Shown: piece by piece, positions 14,588 to 26,110 of the stretch
Position numbering within the stretch: position 1 is the stretch's first letter
Layout of the letters: each line of letters opens with the position of its first letter
The notes under the pieces: model-generated
Databases searched by the model: none
Seen by the model: the letters and a program-made list of their open reading frames with translations, nothing else
Told to the model about the DNA's origin: nothing
Origin: Bigelowiella natans CCMP2755
Taxonomy: Eukaryota > Protista > Cercozoa
Assembly (NCBI GenBank): GCA_000320545.1
Contig: ADNK01000065.1
Coordinates: 1-36,574 of the forward strand
Length of the DNA stretch: 36,574 bases
Reading direction: 5' to 3'
Position numbers and translations under genes: made by a program

Positions 14588-15185
14588 CGTGTGCGTATGT
14601 TTGTGTTTACTGTAGTACACGCTTTGCCGTTTTCCTTGATGCCTCCCCCTGGTTTACCCCTCGACGATTTTACAGCTGTGTAGTTCTCTGACTGCTGCTA
14701 AACACTTCAATATGATTTGTTTCTTACTAAGAGTATCATTGACCAAGGCCAAGATCAAGAAACAGACAAATTGCCGAATATTAGATGGAAAGATTTTGTT
14801 AATTCCAATTCAAAATTCCGATCATCGCCCCTACTTCCACGTGAAAGAAAGGCACACACTATTGAGGACCAGCTAGAGCATCGACTAAAATTGGTATTCA
14901 TAATATTTTGCTATGTTGTTAGACGCATATTTGAACGGCTTCTTTCTTTATTAATTATCGATAATTATTAATAGCTCACAGAACAGCTTCCAAACGAAAC
15001 AAACAAGCCACGAGCTGCAGAAATTCGTAGGATTATCCGGTTAGAGCACCTATTATGCAAATATGTGCTATGTCTTAATACAAATTACAATTGCAATTAA
15101 ATATACAGAGAAACGGCAAAGGCCCTCACGGAAGCTAGAGCGACTCCACGACGGGCTGCTTAAAAGAAAGCATTATGATAGATAA
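3689..15185 (+). CDS. Long multi-exon protein (possibly two genes) with two tandem CxxC..RRCxxC Zn-ribbon modules and His/Asp/Glu/Lys-rich low-complexity regions; function unknown
   Basis: Chain of mostly phase-compatible GT-AG exons: MKKFLDNFPPERTFKDEDD|FARHLYYEE|VAKGRNP..; ..KWKYYLAEGFK|EIRKMCIKCKRKG|LMQREDME|NGYGIRRCILCNTVW; ..REFLAKGYK|GVQTKCTNCDYRGG|IVQFRDEK|YPRKIRRCLACGTMW; SQIADNLKKEMR|EEMQPLRDYL..; a large exon at ~11341-12368; last exon ..LLKRKHYDR* (TAA 15183-15185). The 5' end and several internal links are unresolved, and there is one apparent frameshift near 5760. Confidence 0.5.
6870..6955 (+). repeat. 47-bp-period tandem duplication containing a 3' splice site
   Basis: TTGTCTTTTGATTCTTTTTGTTTTCGCACCATCAGTATC occurs at 6870 and at 6917. 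Confidence 0.9.
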
Positions 15186-16109
15186 ATTGAGCATCGACAA
15201 CTAGACTACGCTATATACAAGTTCCTGTTAGTGCAAGGAATGCCTTGGCCTTTCCAATGAAAAGAATTACAAATATTTGCGAGAACATATTAACGTGCTA
15301 GCGTGGTGCCCCATGAGGTTTGTGGCATGGGCGCATGAATATTTTTTAACAAACACGTGTACGCCTGCTAGACACACATGCATGCAGCATGCACACAGCA
15401 GTCTAAGTGCTCTAGTACATGTACGGTGATTATGATTATTATGAGCTCATTAGCTATGTGTGGTATATAGCTATCGCTCGGCTATTTGCAACATGCTTAT
15501 GTTTTTGTCATCATGCTCGTTCTGGCATTCTAGCATTGTGTGCATGTGAGCTACAAAGTGCAAACCTAGTATGTACAAGGGAAAGGTGCAGCACTGCGAG
15601 CATTACGCCGTGCTTCATTTACACTTATTTGTTCATGTAAGCAGATCATGACAAGTATAGTGGCATGCTAGCATGCTCCATGCGCAGTGCTTGCAGCTGC
15701 TATGACACATTTTTAATTAAATGACACAATTAATTTTGCTGGCGCAGTAGCGCGTTTTGTGCGATTCCTCTATTCCTGCAATGAACTCAAGCAAGGCTAG
15801 AAGGTAGCTAGCTAGCACTGAAGCAAGATAATGATGATAGTGTTCAGAGTGTGTACACATAGCGCGTTGATGACTGACGAACTATGCAACATGTAGCAGC
15901 AGCAGGCGTGTAATTACACATTATTTGCATAATAAATAAGCCGTACACTACGTACGCGCTTGCTAATTGTGCGCGATGTCGCACTGAAGCTAGCTAGCTA
16001 GCGAAGGCAGTCGCAGCAGCAATAAAGCATATATTTTCCTTTGTCACCAACTTTGATGAACATTAATTAATTTGTCATTCTCATGCTCTATGTCAACCTG
16101 TGTGGAAAT

Positions 16110-16144
<35 letters not shown>

Positions 16145-16184
16145 AGATTCTGGTCAGCCATTAATGCGGAATATATTATAGCTA

Positions 16185-16696
16185 TCATCGACGCCGCTTA
16201 TAAAAGAGAATGTAGGCCTTGTCTGTGACAACATAGTCTCTTCGCACTTCATTCACACGGGTATCATCAAACTTGTACCACTTTTTATTGATTGGGCTCT
16301 TGGCATAAGCTGTGTAATGCCCTGCTTTGTTTGTGCGGCCGATGTGATTAGATACCGCAACAAGATCGTAGTTGATTCCCTTGAGCTCATCATTCTCTAT
16401 CACTCCATCAAGTTTAAGTTCGTGCAGTGGAAACTCGACGTAAGTGGAAACCTTTTGGCCGCTGATTGGTCAATTATCATAACTTAGATGATGATGATGA
16501 TGATGATGATGATGACATCGATTTTGAACAATATGTTTAATAGTTGAAAACTACACTTGACGGGGTCTCGTAGATGATTGCAAAGTCATGGTGGTAGTGT
16601 GACATACCCAAAGTATTATTATTATATCAACTTTTATTATTCTTATCATCAGGAAATGAAAATTTAAGAGGCAGAACATAATATAGGGCACTATCG

Positions 16697-16732
<36 letters not shown>

Positions 16733-17792
16733 CAAAAGCAATAGTAGTAGTAGTAGTAGTAGTAGTAGCAGCACCTGTAGTAGCCCATTCTAAAGCGATT
16801 AAGGGTGATGACAAGGATATCTGGTAGGTGGGCTATACGTGTATATTTCACTTTTTTCTGCTTTCGATTGCATCTCTCACAAGTCAGGCCCTCGAGCACT
16901 TCTTTCTTCTTATACAATTCAAAACAGTCTTTTAAGCTTACTGTAGATGACCAAAAAGAGCTAGGAGGAATGGAGAGCTGCAGCACCTGGTAAAAGATGA
17001 CACATACATATTATGATTATGATTATGAGACGACGTTTCGTGAGGTAGTGAGTACAAATGCTTGTTGTATTGGTTATTGTAGATTTTAAACAGCAATACA
17101 GCAGAAACCAAAGGTAGTAGCGACGAAAAGTAAGTAGTAAGGGGAGAATGATACAGATAAATGGTGATGATGATGATGATGATAAGGAGAAGGGCAATAC
17201 GATAAGAATAAATAGAAGAAGAAGCGAAAATACTTATCATTGTGTTGACTATATCTCAGTGAGTACGATGATCAAGTAAATCGTGCTTATCGTTGTCATT
17301 ATCACTATATCTCAGTGAGTACGATGATCAAGTAAATCGTGCTTATCGTTGTCATTATCACTATCAACAATAACAACATCATTGTAGAAGCAGATATACT
17401 ACCTGGGAGGCTGTATTGATTATATGTGTTTTATTACAAGTAAGACACATCGTTGTTTGCTGTTCCACATATGTCATTAAATCCGTTATAATTGAGTCGT
17501 TTTTTTTCCTATATGACTCCCAATATGAGGACTTCTCCTTCTCTTGTTTCACTGGACAATCTTTTTTTTCTTTTCCTTCTTTTCCTTCTTTTTTACCGAC
17601 ATCTTCGATTTTATTATTTGCTACTGCAGCTGCTGCATCATTAGCCGCTGGTGGTCGCTTGAGGTCTGATGATAATCGATCAAATAACAGTACAAGGAGC
17701 TCACTAGCATCTTGCTGCCTGCTGCCTTTAAAGTCAGGATTTGCTTTGCCAATCATCTTTTTCAAGGCTCTTGGTGGAAAGACCTGTTTACG

Positions 17793-17862
<70 letters not shown>

Positions 17863-19194
17863 TAGGAGATAACGACAACGTTAAAGATAAATATAGCAGC
17901 TATGAGCGAGTGCATATGCATCATAGTAGTGGCTGTGCTACTGATATACTGTTATCATTTGATAGTATAAAATCATTACGGATGTTTGAGAGTTCCAAAG
18001 TCGCTGTAGCAATTCTGCGAGTGTGGTTGCCATCATTCCTCCTCCTCTCGCTGCTGATGATGACAACAATTGAGGAAGGTCCTGCAAGTAACTTTGATCT
18101 AGAAAATACTCAGTGAAGTCCGCACAGTTTGACAGGCATTGCACTATTGAGTTCATATAGCACGTATTGCCAAGATTTACAAGACCGACCCCACCACGTA
18201 CCTAGTAATAAGGAATGTAATGATAATAATGACGATGATGATGATGACATTGAAAGAGTTAACAAAGGCAGTTAGTAATGGTTGGAATTATGATGTGTCA
18301 TCATCTTGTTCTCCTCCCATTTGCAATAACATATGATGATCTTCTGTATCGTCATACCCTTCCTTTCCCATCGATGATGATGGTATTACTATATCAACTG
18401 CTAATCATTATCATCATAACCGCTGTCGTTATCGTCATTATTCGTCTTCCCCTCCCCCCTCCTCCTCCTCACCACCACCACTACTGCTGCTACTACTACT
18501 ACTATTATGCTTTGAGCTGAGGATACCTACCATTGGCGGAGTATTCGAATCATATTTCTGCACGGTCATTGTCCCATGTTTTGCGAGGCGTGAAGAATTG
18601 ATATTGAGCCACTCATCCCACTTTTTTGAGAACCCGACGTAGTGAACGAATACCTGGAATATGAATGACAAGAAATAATACATGTAATCTTATCATGTCT
18701 GTTGTTATTATGGTCCAATCAAAGGAAAAGTTTGATCATTGAACATGAAGAAGAACAAGAGATGTAAATGATGGATAATAGCGTAAAATAAGATATGGCC
18801 ATATCTAGAAAGAAGAAGATGGAAAACAGCAAGGATAAGGAGGAGGAGGAGGAGGAGGAGGAGGAGGAGGAGGGGGGGCTACTAGCTGGTGAAGCACAGA
18901 ACAATTACTAGAGAATATCAATGCAGTCGATAAGCATGATGTCCATAATAATAATTTTACCACATGAAGATACATGGAAAGTCCTATATACTACGATAAG
19001 ATGATAATAATAATACCGTGTTATCTTCGGATCTACACTCAATCACTTCTGCTTCATACCACTTCTTCATCGTATCTTTTGCGTCCACCAAATCTCCACG
19101 CTGAAATCAATCAATCATAAAATTAACAACAAAACATTCACCATGAGGATACTGGTGATAATAATGGTGATGATGGTGATAATGACTATGACAT

Positions 19195-19226
<32 letters not shown>

Positions 19227-21254
19227 TAACCTCCAGATCACGCCAGTCATGCTTCTCCACCACTCGGACCCATTTGCCATTTGACCTCCTTTGCATTTAA
19301 TTAATGAACAATGCAGATGATAACGATTACGATTACGATTACGATTACGATTACGATGATGATGATGATGATGATGATGATGTATATCAGCAGCAACATC
19401 AGCAGCAGCACTACCACCACAAACAATTTTCCCTCTTTTCTATGACTACTTCTAGCATTATTCTTTGCTTCTTTTTGTGGTCAATTTTCCTAGTATAACT
19501 GCTGTTTGCATTTACATATAACGTTTCAATCAGGATAATTTTATATCGTCACCATCATCGTAATATTATTCTTCGATTTTACACAATTATTATCATCTGT
19601 CTGTCATGTTTCTCTTGATCATGTGTTGTCCATGCATTATGTAAAGTTGGTATTTACTTTCGTCGCTCGAGTAGCAATTCCGTAAGTTTTAATTCTGCCA
19701 AAGACTTGAACATGTGATCTTCCTCCTTTGCTAGCTCCCATCCGTATCTGACGACAATAAAGAAGAATGAATGCATACATCAATCAATCAATGAACAGGA
19801 GGAAGAGGAATTAGTTGAAGGAAACAACTAACATTATATATATATATATATATATATATATAATGATCATGATGACGACGATGATATCATAGTGGTATAT
19901 ATAGATGATAGTAACGAATACAACCAAATCTACTGACGCACTTACTGCCGTTAACAACAACAACAACAACAACAATAATACTGTAGAGACTGCTAGCAAA
20001 AAAGGAGGAGGAGGAAATAGTGGAGGTTGGGATAATATACTACGAATAATGGATGTGTTGTTCTTTTTGTTAGTAGAAGTGGTGGCCTCCTTCTTCTTGG
20101 TCCTTGTCACCCCTTCCCCCTCCTCCTCCTCCTCCTCCTCCTCCTCCTCCTACTACTACTTCTACCTTCGATGGGGTAGCCACAGCCTTACTATCTCTCT
20201 TGGAGAATAGACTTTCTCTTCAGTTATCTCATCAAATAGCTTATCTGGACGCTCTCCAAAGTCGTGGGCAGGCTTTTTCTTGGTGATGCTGCATGATAGC
20301 AGCTCGGTAGAATCACTATGGAACCAGTATTCTGTTTTCTCTCGTATATTATACTTCACACGAACCTAATCAACAACATTAGATCGATGGATAAGAAGGA
20401 CAACATGGGCCAACATTAGGGAACATCATCATCATAATCATCATCATCATCATCATCGTCATATCATGGATGGATGCGACAACCTTACCTGTCGTTTGTT
20501 TGAATGAATAAGGTTAATGGTAGCCAGGTGCCAAGGAGGTAAGTCACCGTCCAAATCCCTATTATAAAAGAAGTTCTTGATCATGATGATAGATCGATCG
20601 ATGTATGCAATAGTCTGTATTGAATGTGGAGTTCTATTTAGTCTTCTTCTTCTTCTTCTTCTTCATTTGTAACTCCTTGGATGATGGTGCTACATCAATC
20701 ACTGTAGACTACGATCAATCGGGTGGTGGTGCCACTCCTCCTTTACTTTCCATCATAACTATTGTTGTAACTAGGTAAAACTGTCCTCCTCCTCCTCCTC
20801 CTCGTCGTCATCGTATTCTCATCGTCATTATCATCATCATCATCTTCATCTTCTTCTTCTCTTTCTAGCCAACACAAACAACAACCTTTTCTTAACGACA
20901 CGTAAGCGTGCCCAGACCTTCTCCCTCTTTGCATATTGCACTCCTCGTTTATCGTGAGGATCGGTCATGTAGTGATAATGAGAGAATCGATGACGTTCCC
21001 TCACATTGACTACTTCGTTGTGTTTGCTGTCGCTGTATTTGGGGTCTTGCCAGTTGATTTCCACAAAGTCTCTGCGCGTATATCACAGCAAATGATGAGG
21101 GGGAAAAGAGGTAGTAGTGAGTGAGTACTATACCATTGTTTTGCTTAACAATAATAAAGCCGAGTTGTTTATGCTTGGAAACATTAGATTCAATTATTTT
21201 CACGGGATGGATATTAATAATGATAATGATTGTGACAATGATATTGATAATGAC

Positions 21255-21286
<32 letters not shown>

Positions 21287-23100
21287 GGCCTTTTCAGACG
21301 AGAAACAAATGACTCCTTGACTTTCTCTTTTGCAGTTAGTTGTTTAACTTATTACTTGTTATTCTTGTTGAATCTCCGGACAATTTTTGCAGGAAACCAA
21401 TAACCATACTCATCCTTAGCGTCTACCATGGAACCTTCGTCAAGACAAATCCCCAAGACTCTCCGTGTAATTTTCATCGGCTGCAGTATTGCAGGAACAA
21501 CCACAGATAAACAACAGCAGCAGCATTTGAAAGAAAGAAGAGTTCTCAAAGTGGTCTATCAATACACTGACTTTTACCAATCGGTCATGTAGTTAACACT
21601 ACAATTGACAGAAATTATTTGTAGTATTCTCTCTTTTCTACGCTTATTTGATCATACGAGAATGATGAAGTAGTTGTTAAAGGAGGCTAAGGAAAACTAC
21701 TTGCACAAACGGAAATGGTCTCCGGTGATAGGGATAGGTTTCTATTGCTGGAAAAAAATAATGCTGATTTTCGTCTACTATGTATGCTGACTTGGAAGAA
21801 GGCTAGGAGAGTTTCAAGGAAAAACCGACGGAAAAGAAGAAATGCTAAGCTAATCAATCATGGAAGGAGTCATCACAATCACAATCACATTCATCATCAT
21901 CATCATCATCATCGCGTACTCACTCAAGCGAGGAGACTACTAACTACATCTACCACCTCATAGTCCTTGACTAATTCATCCCGTACATCACAGAGGCGGG
22001 AAGAGCTCGAAAATGACAGCTTGCGTTTAGATTTTCTCTCCGGTTCTCCTTCTGCCGTCGTTTGAAGCTAGTAGGTAGGAAGAATACGACAATTATTAAA
22101 ATGGGTTAGTTACGAGGAAGCAAAATCACCATGATCGGAAGAATAATGAGTAGTAGTGCGGATATGAGTCGTAGTAGTAGTAGTAGTAGTAGTAGTAGTA
22201 ATTCTCATTTCATACCAACTCATCATTATCTCCCAAACTGACGAAATCAAATAGAAGAACACATTTAGTAGTGTGTTGATGTTGGGAATAGCATCCTTTA
22301 CCACGACTTAATAATAACTGAATGCAGCCTTACACTGCAAGATGCGCTGCTGCTGCTACTACTGCTGCTGTGCTGCTAATGATAGTGTGGCCATTCCTGT
22401 CACTACTACCTTTGTCTTTTTTTTTTACTTGTTACATGTTATTATTATTATTATTATTATTATTACCAAAGAGATAATCATTGGATAAAGATCTAGCCTG
22501 ATGCTTCTCTTCAATATTCCAAGTTCCCTAGCTTCACGTACAATCGGAGTGTGGCCACCATACCTTTGATCGTAGTAAAAGAAGAGAACAAGAGAGAGAC
22601 GACGAAAACAACATTACAACACAGTACATAATAAACGGCGAATGGATAAATCATGATGGCAAATTCAAGAAGCAACCATATTTAATTTATCGCTCAAAAG
22701 AAACACACCACTGCAGCCAAGCCTTTGAGACAGATTCTGGTACAGATACATAGTCACGACTCTCCCTTATTCCGCGCTTAAGTTTGTTGTAAGAATCCAT
22801 CGAGTATAAGGAGTCGAGGAGGATTTCTCCTGGAGATGATGATACTGAAGAAGAAGAAGTAGAAGCAGCAGTAGGCTTTACAGGATATGTTGTTTTGACA
22901 TATGCTGCCCACTTCCTTGCCCAAGAGACGGGAATGATAGCTCTCCTATCTCCGACCTAATAGTAAGTAAGTAGTAGTAGTAGTAGTAGTAGTAGTTGTT
23001 GTTGTTGGACAAATAATTCTGGCTGATGATGATAACCAGTCTTCCGGTGTAATTGTCTTCTACATCTATCATAAGCTTTTTCCGATTCAGGAAAGCTCAT
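16185..23100 (-). CDS. Ubiquitin carboxyl-terminal hydrolase (USP, peptidase C19) with N-terminal DUSP domain and Tudor/MBT-like repeats; multi-exon
   Basis: Cys box [18 protein letters not shown] (~18130-18195), QQDASELL (~17700) and His box [30 protein letters not shown] (16185-16403). DUSP motif reconstructed across exons at 22470-22957: [41 protein letters not shown]|[14 protein letters not shown]. Tudor/MBT-like [16 protein letters not shown] (~21380-21430) and [19 protein letters not shown]|[15 protein letters not shown] (~18600-19100). The start at ATG 23100 (MSFPESEK) is tentative. Confidence 0.9.
17248..17364. repeat. 56-bp perfect tandem duplication inside a USP intron
   Basis: ACTATATCTCAGTGAGTACGATGATCAAGTAAATCGTGCTTATCGTTGTCATTATC occurs at 17248 and 17304. 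Confidence 0.9.
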
Positions 23101-23135
23101 TTATGGAAGAACTTCGATGAATCTTATCCTCATAG

Positions 23136-23567
23136 GAGCTCATTCTACAACAACTACACAACAGCAGCAGCAACAACAACAACTACTACTACTACTACTA
23201 CTACTAGCAGTATACCATCTGGTTTCATCATAAACATGCACGCAACCACCTTGAGCGGTCCTGCCTGAGATGCCAGACTGGTAATCTGTTCTCTCTGTAG
23301 AAATCATTTAAAGACACAACGATGACGATGAGGAGGAGGAGGACAGTTTGAAGGCGAATAGAGAAATTTAAATGAGAGTAAAGTGCAGAATGACAAAATC
23401 ATATAACTACGGCCACCACTAGCACTACTGTCGCACTTTTTTTGACCTGTTGAGCTGGAGGGGGAGGGGCAACAGTAGGTTTAGCTGGGGGAGGCTTTAT
23501 TGGTAGACTAATAGTTCTTTTTGTTACAGGAGGGATCACCAACTAAAGATCATGTAGCAACAGCAGT

Positions 23568-23631
<64 letters not shown>

Positions 23632-24918
23632 CGTGAGTTCATGCGCGTCTTATTTCTAATTTAGATGCAGATTTGAAAATAAATCAAAATTGCTTGCAAA
23701 CTCATTCACATAAGAAATATAATGATGATGATTCATGAATGAACTTAGCTCTGCCGCAAAGAAAGACCGTTAGCGTTTTCAGTCATTCACTTATATCATG
23801 TAACAGCAGTTGGAATAATGATGCTATAATATTCCACTACTTTAATTTGCAACCAAGTAATAGCTACCACGGAAAGTAACAATTAACTACTTTGATGATT
23901 ACAGATACTATTTCTACGTCTCTCATGTTATTCCCAATGAATATGGTGGTGGTGGTGGTGGTGGTGGTGGTAATCGTTATGAGAGTTCTCTTTAAATTGA
24001 TAATTTGCTTTCGCCTTTCTGATGAGTGGTTGGAAATAATTATACAACTCACTTGATTGTCATAATCCTTTTTATCCTCCTCACTCATCATCACGGGTCG
24101 AATCTATATGAGAGGCATGGAAAAGTATGAAGAAAGAAATAATGAGTGCTAGTGGACATAATCAGGGAGTATTCCAAAAGCTATGATTCATCGTTTTCCC
24201 ACCGCTCATATCTAAAAATCCATATCTTGGCTCATATACATTACATAATTTGAGTCATCTGAAAAGTGATAATGGTTATCTCCATCATCCTATTCCTGAC
24301 ATCTTATTACTCACCAAAGGCTCCTCGCAATTCATCTCCTTTTGAAAATGTTGACCGTCTCGTTCATAATGAACCTTGTCGGTGATAACCGCAGCATTGA
24401 GAACAGAGGAGGGGGGGGGCGGGGAGTAGAACAAGAATAATTTTGTGATTATACTGTTGTATGGAGAAAAACTTGGCGCTATAATCATTTTACGAGAATT
24501 GCATCGTGAGAAAATTCATACGAACGAGGAGCATTGTCAAAATAATGAAATAGTCCGAAAATGGTGCTGCTTTATGTTGTATTCATTTAGAATAATTTTA
24601 GACGTAAAAATCAATGCTAACATAACGAATAAGCGTGTGGAAGCACATCGATTTTCGATGTAAGTTTCGCTCAAAGTAGTCTATTTTATTGTTTCTTGTA
24701 TATCATCATGTTCCGCTTAAAGTCTATATCAATGGTTTTTGTATATCATCATGTTTGTTTGTCCAAGTCTCCTCATACACTACTATGCAACCAGCACCTT
24801 GATCATCCTCACTACCCCCATCTCCTTCGATTCTAATTTGAAGATTTTGTCGATTTTGCCCTGGATATGAAAGCAGCAAGTGTTGGGGTGGTGGAGAGGG
24901 ATCCAATACAGTATTAAC

Positions 24919-24971
<53 letters not shown>

Positions 24972-26110
24972 TTATCTACACACACTCACACACCCACACG
25001 CACATCGGCAAAGATAACGTTATCCGCACCTTATACCAGCCGTCGCCGCTGGTTGAATACACCTAAATAAGAACAAAAAAGAATATGGTAGCTCACATTA
25101 TTTATAGTCGTATTATTTGATGGCAACATCATCTATCAAATACCTAGTAGTACACGCCGATGCTAAATACTACTGACCTCTATTTCATCTCCCACTTTCC
25201 ATGTCTGTCTGATTTTCGATTCTTCAAGGGACTTCGTGCGAACAAGAGTTGTGGGAACGTAATTTTCCGTTGACATCTAAATATTATTTTTAAGAAGCCG
25301 AAAGAAAAGGATGGAGGGGGGGGAAAGGCAACCTTGAATTAAGAAATTGCGTTTTTTTATCCAACTTGGTGAAAAACATGGTCTTCTATCTGTTGCAAAA
25401 GACAGATGGTTTATCTGCTGAGTAATAGTAATATGGTCTTTCTGTCTGTTGCAATAGACAGACAGTTTGTGGAGTAGTAATGTTGAGGAGACTGACTTTA
25501 GAATCAACATCGTTCTTCGACATTGTACCAACTAGAGGAAGGCCTCGAGACAAATCTTCGGATAATTCTTTCAATTCTTGCTTCCCAAACTTTTCTCCAA
25601 AGTTATCGCACAGGTACTTGAAACGCTAACGATTATTATGTATGCATTAGAGTGAAGGATCCTTAAGCGAGTGCTCATCGCTCACTTTTTGTGTGCACCT
25701 TGCAAGTGCAGTGTTTGTACGTTTGGGAATGTGGAGAATGAAAGTAATGTACTAATGAGCTAGGCACTGACCTGAGCGATGCGTTGATTCTTAGTTAAGC
25801 ACGTAATGAGCTGGAATTGCTCCAATTCAACCAAGTCCTGGAGTCGCCCCCGGTAAATAATTAGGTGTGTGAGATTATACCAACAATGTATGTGATTACT
25901 GCTCAAGCACCCATACCTAATGTACTAACCTTGAGAATGTCGACCATTTCTTGCTTGGAATAGCCATCTCTGTTGTCTGGAAGATGACCGGATATTGCTC
26001 CTACGTGCATTAGTCGATGTCGGTCATCATTCCGTTGTGCAACTCCTCAAAAAAAATTAACCAATCTCGTGAAGCGCATTGAAGCTCAACTGCTTCAGTT
26101 TGTTTTCCAT
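23136..26110 (-). CDS. Multi-exon hypothetical protein with an N-terminal Rho_N/SAP-like helical segment and a Tudor/SH3-like WKVGDEIEVYS..W..G domain
   Basis: Spliced exons: MENKLKQLSFNALHEIG|AISGHLPDNRDGYSKQEMVDILK|DLVELEQFQLITCLTKNQRIAQ|RFKYLCDNFGEKFGKQELKEL..; ..RQTWKVGDEIE|VYSTSGDGWYK|GKIDKIFKL..MIK|VHYERDGQHFQKEMNCEEPL|IRPVMM..; then a Pro-rich exon at ~23447-23540. Both ends are uncertain. Confidence 0.6.

Noticed and set aside
17248-17364. 56-bp direct repeat as a CRISPR-like or mobile element
   Set aside because: Two adjacent copies with no spacer, TSD or TIR; a simple intronic tandem duplication.
21936-21955. 20-nt GT..AG mini-intron (nucleomorph-like) in the USP gene
   Set aside because: A phase-compatible donor (GTAGTC) with a normal-sized intron explains the junction equally well, and no other tiny introns were seen.
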